Counted from the stretch's first letter, positions 18,887 to 29,472 are shown. The stretch: DNA of 64,000 nt from Myxococcales bacterium (GCA_037445065.1 JBBILD010000009.1:111080-175079); one strand, 5' to 3'. Translations and numbers: made by a program. Notes: generated by a model from the sequence alone, not told the origin.

Positions 18887-19867
18887 ATGTGGATCTATTC
18901 CGTGCTATTGTTGGCCACCATGCAGTTCTCCGGCGCGCCTCGGTGTGGTGATGCCTTTTGCAATCCGGCGGGTCCGCGGCCGTGGCCCGGAACGTGGGAG
19001 ATGCTCTCCTTTTTTGGTCGCAAAGCGTGGACTTCGCTTGTTTCACGCCCGGGAAGTGCGCCGCGAGTGCCGTACGATCGCGCGCGAATGCTCGAAAATC
19101 CGAGCCTCACTTGGATCGGGCACTCTACCTTTTTGGTGCGCATGGAGGGGATGAGTTTTCTCACCGACCCGATTTTCTCGGAGCGCGCCAGTCCGGTACC
19201 CTTTGCCGGACCGAAACGTTTGCAACCACCCGGGGTCCCATTGGAGGAACTACCGCCGATTGACTTCGTAACCGTCTCCCACGACCACTACGATCACGCG
19301 GATCTTCCCACCTGGGAGCAACTCGCCCGCCGCGGCGCGCTGTTCCTCATACCACTTGGGATGGGCGACTTGGTACACAGCGTCGGCGGGCGATTCATTG
19401 CCCTCGACTGGTGGCAAAGCGCCGAGGTCGGCAAGGTCAAGGTGCACTGCGTCCCCGTACAGCATTTCTCCGGCCGTGGCGTGGTCGGACAAAACCGGCG
19501 CCTCTGGTGCGGCTGGGTGGTCGAAGGCCGCAAGCGCACGTTTTTTCACGCCGGCGATACTGGGTACTTCGACGGCTTTCGCCTGTTGCGCGAGCGTTTT
19601 CCGCGCATTGACCTGGCGGCGCTGCCCATTGGCGCTTACGACCCACCCAGCATTATGCGCTTCGTGCACATGAACCCAGAGGAAGCAGTGCAAGCCGCAC
19701 AGGACGCCGGAGCGCACAAAGTCGTTGCCATGCATTGGGGCACCTTCGACCTCACCGACGAGGACATCTTGGAGCCACCCCGCCGTTTCACGGCGGCTGC
19801 GGCTCGGGCGGGCTACGACCCGAGCCGGGCCTGGGTCATGGCCATTGGCGAGAGCCGTTCGTGGTAG
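18887..19867 (+). CDS. MBL-fold metallo-hydrolase (NAPE-PLD/RomA-like), probable signal peptide
   Basis: WIGHST, SHDHYDH, AGDTGY, LPIGAY, HMNPEEA, HWGTF. Confidence 0.88.
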   Translation: MWIYSVLLLATMQFSGAPRCGDAFCNPAGPRPWPGTWEMLSFFGRKAWTSLVSRPGSAPRVPYDRARMLENPSLTWIGHSTFLVRMEGMSFLTDPIFSERASPVPFAGPKRLQPPGVPLEELPPIDFVTVSHDHYDHADLPTWEQLARRGALFLIPLGMGDLVHSVGGRFIALDWWQSAEVGKVKVHCVPVQHFSGRGVVGQNRRLWCGWVVEGRKRTFFHAGDTGYFDGFRLLRERFPRIDLAALPIGAYDPPSIMRFVHMNPEEAVQAAQDAGAHKVVAMHWGTFDLTDEDILEPPRRFTAAAARAGYDPSRAWVMAIGESRSW

Positions 19868-19877
19868 CTGGCGCGCC

Positions 19878-21005
19878 TCACGGGGCCTTGCGCGCAGCAA
19901 AACGAGCGGGCGAGAACGGAGCTAGCAACGGTGCGCTTTCCCCGCAGACCGCTTCCGCCGCCAGGCGGCCTACTGCCGGACTGGTGGTCATACCATGGCC
20001 GCCCAGGCAGGTAACCCAGAAAAAGCCGCGCAGCACTGGATCCTCTCCGATCACGAAGCGCTCATCCGGCGCGAATGTGCGCAAGCATGCCCACCCGGTG
20101 GTAATGCGGGCCTCGGCGAGGCTCGGGAAAGCGCGGCGCATTTTTTCTGCCAGCAAAAATTTGGCAGCTTCATCCGTGGCCGGCTCCACTGGCGGGTGAG
20201 GCGTGGCATCGCACGGGCTCATCAACAGCCCGCCGCCCTCGGGCCGGAAGTACACATCCAAGTCGTTGTGCCACACGAACGGCAAGCCCGAGGGCACTTC
20301 CGCGTCGAGCTGGCCGAGAAAAAGGTGGCGGCGCCGAGGCTCGACATGGAAGCCGTCCGCACCCGCAAGCGCAGCAATCTCCCCGGCCCACGCCCCCGCA
20401 GCGTTGACCACGCAGGGAGTAGCGTAATCCCGCGTGCGCGTGCGCAGGCCCCGGACACGCCCGCCTTCGCTGACCACGCTCAGCACCGGTTCATCGAACA
20501 CGACTTCCACCCCGCACGCGCGTGCGCCCCTCAGGTAGCCCTGCAACAAGGCGTGGATGTCCACCACGCCGTCCGATCGGTTGGCCAGTCCCACGGGAGG
20601 TACGTGCGCACGTAGCAGGGGGACCCACTCGGCCATTTCCCGCGCGTCCAGCACCCGCGCATCCAAGCCGAGCGAACGCGCCGCCTCTGCTTTTGCGCGG
20701 AAGGCACTGGCGCTCTCCGGATGGGAAGAAACCAGGAGCGAGCCGGTGGCGCGGAACAACTCCTGGTCGGTGAAGTCTGCAGGCGGTTGCCGTAAAAACT
20801 CTAGCCCTTCGCAAGCAAGCCGCGCTTCGGCGGCGTCTTCCAGCGCGGTAAACGCCAAGGCTGCGTTTCTCCCCGAGGCGTGCTTGCCTGGGATCTTCTC
20901 CCGTTCGACCAGCACCACGTTGCGCACACCACGCCGGGCTAGGAAGTAAGCCGTTGCAGCCCCGGCAAAACCAGCGCCTACAATGACGACGTCGGCGGTT
21001 CTCAT
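19878..21005 (-). CDS. FAD-dependent oxidoreductase (DAO/sarcosine oxidase-like)
   Basis: IVGAGFAG, ASGRNA, VVNAAGAWA, GGHGMTTSPAVG. Confidence 0.9.
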   Translation of the reverse strand: MRTADVVIVGAGFAGAATAYFLARRGVRNVVLVEREKIPGKHASGRNAALAFTALEDAAEARLACEGLEFLRQPPADFTDQELFRATGSLLVSSHPESASAFRAKAEAARSLGLDARVLDAREMAEWVPLLRAHVPPVGLANRSDGVVDIHALLQGYLRGARACGVEVVFDEPVLSVVSEGGRVRGLRTRTRDYATPCVVNAAGAWAGEIAALAGADGFHVEPRRRHLFLGQLDAEVPSGLPFVWHNDLDVYFRPEGGGLLMSPCDATPHPPVEPATDEAAKFLLAEKMRRAFPSLAEARITTGWACLRTFAPDERFVIGEDPVLRGFFWVTCLGGHGMTTSPAVGRLAAEAVCGESAPLLAPFSPARFAARKAP

Positions 21006-21051
21006 GTCGCAGGTTCAGCTAGCGAAACAAGCGCGCAGCGGCTGCGGCCGC

Positions 21052-22170
21052 CTACCTCTCCAACTGCAAGACGCAGTCATTGTCCGGAGGATCGGTGTCA
21101 CTGAAGGCGTTTACGTACGCTGCAAGCTCAGCATCGCCGAGCTCTTCCGCGGTGTACGCAAAGCGTTCGTCACCGTCAGCGATACTTGGCCACCAGGCGT
21201 GCAGGCGACGGGCAACCTCTTCCGCACGCGAGGGCGGCAGCGAGAAGGGCGGCCGCTGCAGCGAGCGGGCGATGATGTGCACGAAGCTTTCCGTAGTGAA
21301 CGCGCGCGAGAACGACTGCAAGTCGGGGAGCGAGCGAATGCGCTGCAGGCGGTGACTACGGATTTCCACTTCGCCGTCGCGGACAGTCACTACCCGGTAC
21401 GCGTGTGGGAATCCAGCCAGCGAAGCGGTGACGATGTTATACAAGCCCGCCTCGCACTTAATGTCCTGGATGTGCAAGTGGCCGCTGAAGGTCAGGCGCA
21501 CGCGATGCTTGTGGAGGATCCGCTTGAGTTCGTCCGAGTTTTCCACGTGAAACCACGAAAACGTCGGATTCACGCGCTCTCCAGGCACATGCTCGATGAT
21601 CGAGTGGTGCAGGAACAGGACAGTGTGGCGCTGCGGATCGCGCTGGCGAGACAAGTCGTCCTCCAGCCAGGCGAGGACCCGCTGCTCAATAGCGCCGCGG
21701 TCTTCTTCCGGTTTGACCGAGCCCAGTCCGACCAAGTGAATGTCCGGCGTCGGGTCGCAGCTAAAGGCAAGCAAATCGTCGCGCTGGAAGCCGAAGTCCC
21801 GATACAAACGCGGGATCTCATGGGCGCGGACCGGCTCCACGCTGGGGTCGAGGAACTCGACCGGCCGCAGATGGGGTGGTCGAGGTTGGTCATGGTTCCC
21901 GGGCACGCAATAGACCGGCTTGCGAAAGCGGGAGAGAAGTTCGCGCGCGGCGTCGTGGTTGTAGGGCTCGGAGTCTTTGGTAAGGTCGCCCGCACAAAGA
22001 ACAAAATCAATGTGTGGAAGAGCGTTGATCTCCTCGATCGCCTGCTCGAGCAACTCAACACTGTACTGATAGAGTGTGGGTTCGTCCGCAATCGGACCAG
22101 GTAGTTGCCAGCCCGTGTCCGGGTTCGGCACGGTCACATGCGGATCAGAAATCAGGGCAAAGCTCGACAT
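21052..22170 (-). CDS. Calcineurin-like metallophosphoesterase
   Basis: SDPH, AGDL, PGNHD, HH, SGHLH motifs. Confidence 0.88.
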   Translation of the reverse strand: MSSFALISDPHVTVPNPDTGWQLPGPIADEPTLYQYSVELLEQAIEEINALPHIDFVLCAGDLTKDSEPYNHDAARELLSRFRKPVYCVPGNHDQPRPPHLRPVEFLDPSVEPVRAHEIPRLYRDFGFQRDDLLAFSCDPTPDIHLVGLGSVKPEEDRGAIEQRVLAWLEDDLSRQRDPQRHTVLFLHHSIIEHVPGERVNPTFSWFHVENSDELKRILHKHRVRLTFSGHLHIQDIKCEAGLYNIVTASLAGFPHAYRVVTVRDGEVEIRSHRLQRIRSLPDLQSFSRAFTTESFVHIIARSLQRPPFSLPPSRAEEVARRLHAWWPSIADGDERFAYTAEELGDAELAAYVNAFSDTDPPDNDCVLQLER

Positions 22171-22227
22171 GCGAACCTATCCTGCGCTGCGCGTACGGGC
22201 GAATCAACTACCCACCGGCCGGCAAAG

Positions 22228-22265
22228 CAAAACGGCGGCGGAGCCTTGAGCCCGCCGCCGTTTTG
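22228..22265. terminator. Intrinsic terminator after csp (potentially bidirectional)
   Basis: caaaacggcggcgg ... ccgccgccgttttg inverted repeat with T-tracts on both strands. Confidence 0.8.
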
Positions 22266-22291
22266 GTTGTGACTCGCGTGACTTCAGATCC

Positions 22292-22492
22292 TCAGATCTT
22301 TTGCACGTTGGTCGCTTGTGGGCCCTTACGCCCGGGCGTGACGTCGAAACTCACGCGTTGGCCTTCTTCCAAGCTGCGAAAGCCCTGGCCTTGGATCGAG
22401 GAGTAATGGACGAAAACGTCTTCCCCATTCTCCTGGCGAATGAAACCAAAGCCCTTTTCCGGGTTGAACCACTTCACGGTTCCAGTTGCCAT
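22292..22492 (-). CDS. Cold-shock protein (CspA family)
   Basis: [18 protein letters not shown]...DVFVHYS...KGPQATNV; 66 aa; AAGGAGG RBS. Confidence 0.97.
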   Translation of the reverse strand: MATGTVKWFNPEKGFGFIRQENGEDVFVHYSSIQGQGFRSLEEGQRVSFDVTPGRKGPQATNVQKI

Positions 22493-22780
22493 GCGCGCTT
22501 CCTCCTTTCTCAGATTCGTTAACCGGAGGTGCTGCATGTCCTCGAAGGGCCTTGCCGATCCGACGGAATGAAACCAACCATTCCGGTGTAACGGGTGTGC
22601 AACTGTATCCCGTTTCGGACCCCAGCACAAGGGCAAATTAAAAAAACTTTCACTAAGCGACGAACTCTCCAGGCTCGCGCGGCAGGCGTACTTGCCGGCC
22701 GGGCGACAACGACTCCCAAGCCTACCAGCGGTGGCACCGCTTCTGCGTTCTGGTTCGATCAGCGCCGCCCGTTCTGCGGC

Positions 22781-23804
22781 TCACCCCCGGACAGGCTGCC
22801 GCCGGAGTTGCCACGCCGCGCCCAAGCAAGCCAGAACGATCCACAGCGCCAACACGGGCTTGCTCGCCACCGGCGCCGAAACCGGGCCCCTTGCTTGTTG
22901 TGGCAGGGGAACCGACAAGCCCTCCCAATTCAAGATCAAGGCGCTTTGCGACGTATTCAAGCTTACGCCAGTGAGAAGGTCCGTTGAGCTGTTCAATGTC
23001 GCGACCGAGTCAAACACCGTCGCATTCGCGGCGGCACCCGCAATCGAGTTGCCCGTACCCGCAATGTCACCGAGGCCAGCGAAAAACATCAGCGCCCGTG
23101 AGCTCGCGGCGGGCACCGAGACGCTGAACGTTGCTCCCAGGCCTTGCGTGCCGAAGCAAGTGAACACCGTCTGGGTGTAAGTCGCCGGGGTCAATGACGG
23201 GGAACCGGGACCGTACAACACGGTGGTATTCACAGGGTCACCCAGCGGAGGACCGTCGGAGGTAACGATCCAGCGGTCCGCGATCGTAACCGCCGTATCC
23301 CCCGACGAGGTAGCGTCAACCTGAGTCGAGGCGTCAGATCCGAAATTGACCGGCACTTGCACTGTCACGGTCACCCCGGCCGTGCCGGGATTCTGAAGCC
23401 AGACCAGAATCCTCGCCGCCTGATGGGTGCTGGAGAAAAAGTACTGTACCCACACGTTCAAGCCGGAAAGGACCACCGGACCCGCCAAGAGCGCCGTGCC
23501 GGTGAGGTCCACGGTAGGGGGTGCGACGAACGGGTTCCCGTCTACCCACACACTCCACGCCAAGTCGTAAGCGTCGCCAGCTCCCGACCCCGATACGGCG
23601 TCGCCGATCGCTAGAGCCTGGTCGCCATTGCACCCGCCCCCAAACGGTCCGCCATTTGTACCTCCGAGATCATCCACAAACCACTCTGTGCTACCTAGGC
23701 CGCGTGGCGATCGCCTGCGGGAGCGATACAGGCGCAGCGACCGCCGCCGAACCAAGCAGCGAGACGAAAACGGCCCCTACCCAACCCGTGCACCGTGCCC
23801 GCAT
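22781..23804 (-). pseudogene. Secreted protein with IPTL-CTERM-like sorting tail, frameshifted just after the signal peptide
   Basis: GGAGG + ATG 23804 gives MRARCTGWVGAVFVSLLGSAAVAAPVSLPQAIATRPR-stop; the mature part (GLGSTEWFVDD...) is in the next frame; ends APVASKPVLALWIVLACLGAAWQLRRQ. Confidence 0.7.
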
Positions 23805-23944
23805 CGCGCAGACCTCCCTGAGAAGCGGCACCGTTACCACGCCTCCACCGACGTATCAAACGCTTTTCGTGACAAACGACTCTATGGATAACCGGCGAAG
23901 GTCACGACCTTCCCCGCCGTCAAGGCAGCCGCATCGCGTGCGCT

Positions 23945-26503
23945 CTACGGCTTGGCCGGCGTATTGGTCACGGGCGCATACGGCCGGCAGTACTGGAGGC
24001 GCAGCGACGGGCAGGGCGGCAAGGTCGCGGGCACCTCAATGCCAGGAATCCACGGCAGCACCACACGCGAAGGATGTTCGGGCGAGCGAGCGATGGTGTT
24101 CGTGACTTCGCCGTCGAACTCCAGCACCTCGAAGCGCCAGCGCGGCCGCGAGTTGCCAGGGCTGTCCACCGCGATGCGAATGCGCGAGCCGGCACGGAAG
24201 ACGTGGGCAAACGGGAACAATTCCACCCTTGCGAGCACGAACTCGCCCGGGGGTAGCGGCGCCAAATCTTCGCGCTTACCGCTGAAGGCCGGGCGAAGCT
24301 CGCTCGACTCTGCCTCGCTCAGCTTGCGCCGGCTGGCGCGCAGCCAGCCGCTCTGCACGTGCATCTCGTTGCCGTCCGGCCGCACCTCGCTGAGAGTGAC
24401 CTCGATGTCGGTATCCGGGGCAGTGGACTGGATCCACAAATCCACGCTGCCCGAGCCAATCATGACCATGGTTTCCGCCAGCGGCTCGGTTTCGTAAGCC
24501 ACTGCGGTTCCGGGCGCGTACGGCCTCCAGTTCCAGTTGGGCAGCGCACGCCAAATCCCGTCGTCACCTCCAGAGAACGTGGTCAGTTGCGACTGGGAGG
24601 GGTCGTACAAGTAACGATCCGCCCCCTCGCTCGTAGGCAGCGAGGGGGAGAGCCGTCCGTTGGCTTCGAAGTACCAGGCCACCGGCGTCGTATTCGGCGG
24701 TGGCCAAGAAGGGAAGGTGACCTCGGTTCGTGCCACCGGCGAACCAGGCTGAGGACTCCCGGCTCCGTTCTCCAGCAAGATGCGGACGCGCGGTTCTGCT
24801 TCGAAGCGTGCGAGAGCGGCTTCGAACGACGGCTCGCGTACGAAACGATCCGCCTCCACGGGCGGAGGCCGATCGATCCCGAACACTTCCTGTGCCAGTA
24901 CGGACAGAGCCAGCCGAGCATTGAGCGGCAGCACGGGGATCTCTCTCCGTACGTAAAACGAAAGGAACTCAAACCAGCGAGTAAAAATCGCTGGGCCCAA
25001 GGAGTCGGTGTGCCCGCCATTGGTGATGGTGAAGTGCAGCTTGTCGGTGCCGGTGAAGCGGTCCAGCATGTTGGGGAAGTATCCGCCAGTTTGTTCGTCT
25101 TGCCACGCGCCAGCCAGGAACACGGGGACATTGATTTTGTGGACGAACGTCACAGGACTTAGCGGATCGGCCACTTCGGGAATGTAAACGTTGTTCTCGC
25201 GAATCTTACGCAGAAGATCCGGGTTTTGGCCCCGGAAGCGTTGGTTCTCGATACACACCGTGTCGCCCTGATCGCGGCGTTTTGCCGACCAAGGCTGGCC
25301 AAAAGGCTGGGCGTCGCGTTGCCGCTCGAGAGCCCATTCTACAGCAAAACCGTTGTTGAGGATCCCGCCTGGATACAAGATGCCACGTCCGATGTCGGAG
25401 ATGACCGACAAGGGCGCGATCGCGGCCAAATGAGGCGGTTGGGTTTGCGCGGTAAAAAGCTGGGAAATCCCGGGGTAGGAGACCCCGACCATGCCAACCT
25501 TGTTGAACTTGACCCAAGGCTGCTGGGCAATGATTTCGATGGCGTCGTAACCGTCGGTCACCTGCGCCGGCTCGAAGAAATCGAACGAGCCGCCCGAGCA
25601 CCCAGTTCCGCGCATGTTCACGCCCACCGCTGCGTAACCCAAAATACTGGCTAGCAACGAGCTCGGCTGCGGGGAGTCCGGGTTGGCCGGATCATAACCC
25701 GAGTACTCGACCACTGTCGGGTAGGGTCCGTCCTCGATCGGGCCCGGAAGGATCACGTTGATGGCGAGCTTCGTGCCGTCGCGGGTGGTGATGTACTGGT
25801 AGCCCGCCGAGAGCCGCTGCGACGTGTAAAAATCGTTCGGCGGCACGTCGTCGAGGTCCCACACCGCCACGGGTGCGCTTTTGTTCGGCTCCGGCTGATC
25901 CGGGGCAGCAACGACGTAGCCTTCTCCAGGTGCTAACCCGCGGAAGATTAGCGTGCCTTGGCCATCTACGGTCCCGCTTTGCACCACATCCCCGTTCGGG
26001 TTGCGCACCACCAGTTCGGTTCCCGGCGTGGCATCCTCGATCAACAACTGCCGCACACTACTGCGCACGGCGAATCCCGGTCCCGGGGTGCTGGTTGCGG
26101 TCGGAGTGGCCGTCAGCGTTGGAGTCGCAGTCGGCACTGTGGCCGTGGGCGACAATGTCGGCGTCGCCGATGGCGGAATCGTCACCGTTGGCGACGGCGT
26201 GGGAGTAAACGAAGGAGCGGAGGTGAACGTCGGCTGCGGCGTAGCGGTGAACGCCGCGGTCAGCGTCTCCGTTGCAGTCGGGCAATGAGACAGCGACAGG
26301 CCGAGAGCTTGTGCAACTGGACAAGACAAGGTCGGTGTCGCCGACGGTAAGGCAAGTGTCGCGGTGGCGGTCGGCGGTGTGGTGTTGCTGTTCGTCCCAT
26401 TGTCGCTACCACAGGCCGCCAAAAATGCGGTCGTCACAACGAAAAGCGCCGCCCGGCCGAGGCCGCGCCCGAGGAGTGTGAACGGTTTCCTGCCCAATGC
26501 CAT
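23945..26503 (-). CDS. CocE/NonD (S15) family hydrolase, lipoprotein with Pro/Thr linker
   Basis: Lipobox FLAAC; long PTATPT tract; RDGTKLA, MRGTGCSGG, GVSYPG nucleophile; PepX_C-like C-terminus. Confidence 0.88.
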   Translation of the reverse strand: MALGRKPFTLLGRGLGRAALFVVTTAFLAACGSDNGTNSNTTPPTATATLALPSATPTLSCPVAQALGLSLSHCPTATETLTAAFTATPQPTFTSAPSFTPTPSPTVTIPPSATPTLSPTATVPTATPTLTATPTATSTPGPGFAVRSSVRQLLIEDATPGTELVVRNPNGDVVQSGTVDGQGTLIFRGLAPGEGYVVAAPDQPEPNKSAPVAVWDLDDVPPNDFYTSQRLSAGYQYITTRDGTKLAINVILPGPIEDGPYPTVVEYSGYDPANPDSPQPSSLLASILGYAAVGVNMRGTGCSGGSFDFFEPAQVTDGYDAIEIIAQQPWVKFNKVGMVGVSYPGISQLFTAQTQPPHLAAIAPLSVISDIGRGILYPGGILNNGFAVEWALERQRDAQPFGQPWSAKRRDQGDTVCIENQRFRGQNPDLLRKIRENNVYIPEVADPLSPVTFVHKINVPVFLAGAWQDEQTGGYFPNMLDRFTGTDKLHFTITNGGHTDSLGPAIFTRWFEFLSFYVRREIPVLPLNARLALSVLAQEVFGIDRPPPVEADRFVREPSFEAALARFEAEPRVRILLENGAGSPQPGSPVARTEVTFPSWPPPNTTPVAWYFEANGRLSPSLPTSEGADRYLYDPSQSQLTTFSGGDDGIWRALPNWNWRPYAPGTAVAYETEPLAETMVMIGSGSVDLWIQSTAPDTDIEVTLSEVRPDGNEMHVQSGWLRASRRKLSEAESSELRPAFSGKREDLAPLPPGEFVLARVELFPFAHVFRAGSRIRIAVDSPGNSRPRWRFEVLEFDGEVTNTIARSPEHPSRVVLPWIPGIEVPATLPPCPSLRLQYCRPYAPVTNTPAKP

Positions 26504-26716
26504 GTTCGTTGATCGTCCTTTCCGCGTGGTCAAAGGTTGTCGAGCCGGCGCAGAGCGCCGCTTGGAAACCGGGCTAGTTACGGCGCCAGTTGCCGTTTTG
26601 TCAACAGCGAAACAGGTTGAAACGCACAAATTCGCCCCTCATCTGCAGGAGCTAGCGAAGAAGCCGCCGCTCTCCTATTCGGACGGGGCAGCCATGGCGC
26701 GGCTGGTACTGTTCTT

Positions 26717-28006
26717 ATGACCAAGCTCGAACCCAAAGCGATCTTCCATCCATTGCAAAAGCTGGCGAGCGGTTCCCTTGCCGAGCGGCCCCCCTCGGCG
26801 CGGGAGCGACTCGACGCCATTCTATCCCATCCCCAGCCGCAAGAAGTAGTTGCCAGTCTGCCGGTGCAGGACTTTTATTACTTGGTCCGCGAGCTCGGGT
26901 TGGCGGATTCGAGTGAGTTGCTGGCGCTGGCCACCGCGGACCAGTTGCGCGCGTGCTTGGATTTTGAAGTGTGGGACCGCGACCGCGTGGTCGTGGAACG
27001 GCTTCAAGACTGGCTTGCCGTCATGGTGGATGAGTTCCTGCCTGCGCGTTTGGCACGCGCCGTGGAAGAGATTGACATCGAACTGCTCGCTTTCTGGCTG
27101 CACCGTACCTGCACGATCGTGGACCTTACGCTGGACGAGCCCGACGAAGCGGAGGGACCACGTTACCTGACTCCAGATACGTTTTTTGAGATCCGTTTTT
27201 CACCTTCGGTGGATGCACACACGGCTCAATTGATCGAGCGCTTTTTCGAGCGCTTATACGATGCAGATCAAGAATTGGCGCGCCGCCTCCTACAAGAAGC
27301 CAAATGGGGGCTTCCAACTGAACTCGAGGAATCCGCGTACCGTTGGCACCGCGGTCGGATGGAGGACCTCGGCTTCTTCGAGTTTTACGAAGCGATCGCC
27401 GCCTATGCGTACCTGACTCCCGAGCAAGCGCGGGCGCTGCGCGCTCCTTGGCGTCCGCGCGGCCCCCGAGAAGAGGCTGTGTCGGTACCCTCGCCCTTCG
27501 GCGAAGGTCTCGGCGAAGGGGGGTTCTTTGCCAAGGCACTGCGGCGTATCACGAACGAGCAGCTTCTCGAGGACTTGGGCGAAGCGTTGGTCACACTGAT
27601 GAACCGTGTACTCAGTGCCGACCGGGTGATTCCGGGCGACCTCGAACGGGTTCGAGAAGTCGCGACCCGGGTGGTTGCCACCTTATCCCTCGGGCTCGAA
27701 CAGCTTGCCGAAGGCGATTTAGAAAAGGCGGAAGACGTCTTGCGGGAGATTCCTCTGCTTGTTGTCTTCCGTCTCGGCTTCTCGATCACCGCCGACTTGG
27801 CGCGCGTTGCGCAGCGCTTGCACCAACGGGGCGTTGACGACCCCAACCTCGACCCGCTGTTGGAAAAACGACCCCTGTACTCGCTCGCTTTCGACGAGCC
27901 GCCGCGCGCAGGGGCACGGCCTTTCCGGTCGCTGGCCGACGTTGCACGAGTGCGCCGCTACATCGAAGACACCTACGGCACCGGAAACGAACAAGACTCG
28001 CCCTGA
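26717..28006 (+). CDS. DUF6178-like protein
   Basis: YYLVRELGLADSSELL...LDFEVWDRD...ELEESAYRW..GRMEDLGF..FYEA pattern of a deltaproteobacterial/myxobacterial family. Confidence 0.7.
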   Translation: MTKLEPKAIFHPLQKLASGSLAERPPSARERLDAILSHPQPQEVVASLPVQDFYYLVRELGLADSSELLALATADQLRACLDFEVWDRDRVVVERLQDWLAVMVDEFLPARLARAVEEIDIELLAFWLHRTCTIVDLTLDEPDEAEGPRYLTPDTFFEIRFSPSVDAHTAQLIERFFERLYDADQELARRLLQEAKWGLPTELEESAYRWHRGRMEDLGFFEFYEAIAAYAYLTPEQARALRAPWRPRGPREEAVSVPSPFGEGLGEGGFFAKALRRITNEQLLEDLGEALVTLMNRVLSADRVIPGDLERVREVATRVVATLSLGLEQLAEGDLEKAEDVLREIPLLVVFRLGFSITADLARVAQRLHQRGVDDPNLDPLLEKRPLYSLAFDEPPRAGARPFRSLADVARVRRYIEDTYGTGNEQDSP

Positions 28007-28317
28007 AACGAGCAGGCGAGGCCACTGGCACACGATTTCCCGCCGACCAGTCTTGCGAACTGTCCCCCGCCACAACGTTGTGCCCCGCCGGGGGGCCGTA
28101 AAGTCCAGCCCTGGCCCCGTGGCAGGTGCCAACGCTTGTCTACAAATCGGCGCTTCGGTTTCCACGATCTGAGGCAGCCTCCGAATTCGCCCTGCAGCGC
28201 CGACCTGTGGCAACGCGTCCCTTTGCGGACTACCTCGGCAAACGGTGCAAAGGCTTGCCCCCCGAAAGGCCGGCCCACCACGCTGCCACTTCACGACCAC
28301 ACCAGCTCCCAAGGTGT

Positions 28318-29122
28318 GTCGGAGCGGCCCCTGTGGTCGCACGCGCCGCGATTCGCGGATGGCGAGCAGCGAGCGGCGAGCGGTAAGTGGCGAATGGCGG
28401 ATGGACCGTTTGGCCGGCACTTGGCACCGGCGCCCCATCCTAGATGTAGGGACGACCCTTAAGGCCGCCCGCGGCACCATGGGCGCGCTGTTCCGATCGT
28501 GCATGCGCGCGGCGCCGGCAAGATGCCGAAGCGCGATGGCCGTGGCGTGCGCGGCGCGCTGGGCATCCGGTTCGATCTGAAACCCGGGCAGGCACAAGGC
28601 GTGCTCCTACAACTCAATTCCGCGCTGCCCGGGGCACGCCTGTGACTGGGATCGATTTCCCCCACCACGCCGCGGCCTAACCCCCACGCCGCCACCATGC
28701 AAACTGTAGGCGCGGCCCTTGTGGCCGCCCGTGGTGCCGGAAGCACCCCGTTCCCACGGTGCTGGAGCTGCCGAAACCGCGCTGGCCCTGGGGCATCCCG
28801 GTTCCGTCTCCCTGCTGCTGCCCTACTTGCAGTCTGTGCCCACCACCACACAACGGTGTAAGCGTTGCACAATATAGCCTGGGGTCGGCCGGCCTTTTTC
28901 ACCACCTGGCGCAATCCTGAAGGGGTTGCGCCAGGCCCGATTCGTCACGTGCGCTTCCCCTTGAAACGCGCGCCCTCACGGAGGACCACATTGACGACGT
29001 TGCGCGAAGCGAACGGGTTCCATGCACACCCAGCGCAACCGTGCACGATGCAGCACGGCCTTTCCACTCCCGCGGGCACGTCCGTGCCTTCAAGATGTGT
29101 AGGGCGGCCCTTGTGGCCGCCC
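28318..29122. repeat. Cluster of degenerate GTAG-type REPs (BIME/REPIN-like)
   Basis: Copies of GTAGGGGCGGCCCTTGTGGCCGCCC-like sequence at 28318, 28446, 28706, 29099; inverted copy at 28586-28610. Confidence 0.7.
28354..28402. repeat. Heptamer tandem repeat, about 7 units
   Basis: cgcggat-ggcgagc-agcgagc-ggcgagc-ggtaagt-ggcgaat-ggcggat. Confidence 0.6.
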
Positions 29123-29137
29123 GTTTTATGATTCGCA

Positions 29138-29383
29138 GATGGCGAGCTGACGCTGAGGGGACTGCCGGAGGCGCTTCCCTCCGCCACCGCGCAGTGGGAG
29201 CCGTTCGCCGAAGAGCCCGCGCACTTTCCTCTGCCGCGGCTGACGACGACGCCGGCGGTCGCCATGGTCAGGCGCGCCGCCGCGCTGATCGCCGCCGCCT
29301 CGGCCGAGGCCGAGCGGCTCGGCATGGCGCGCGACAGCGTCCTCCTCGAACGCCTGCGGGCCCGCCTTGCGCCCGGGGGGTGA
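29138..29383 (+). pseudogene. Remnant resembling an adenylate cyclase-AAA ATPase protein with large internal deletion
   Basis: GELTLRGLPEALPSATAQWEP...FPLPRL (end of class III cyclase domain) joined to RAAALIAAASAEAERLGM (typical C-terminus); no start codon. Confidence 0.45.
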
Positions 29384-29472
29384 GCGACCGCCACGGGGCG
29401 ACGCGGCCCGTTTCCCACTCCAAATGCTGGAGTGCACCGGCCGTACTACAGCGAAAGACGTAACGACGACGA

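Noticed and set aside
21539..21554. Third parS
   Set aside because: TTTTCCACGTGAAACC has two mismatches and is explained by the codons for WFHVEN.
28318..29122. CRISPR or integron attC array
   Set aside because: Copies are degenerate, irregularly spaced and in both orientations; no cas or integrase; fits REPs better.
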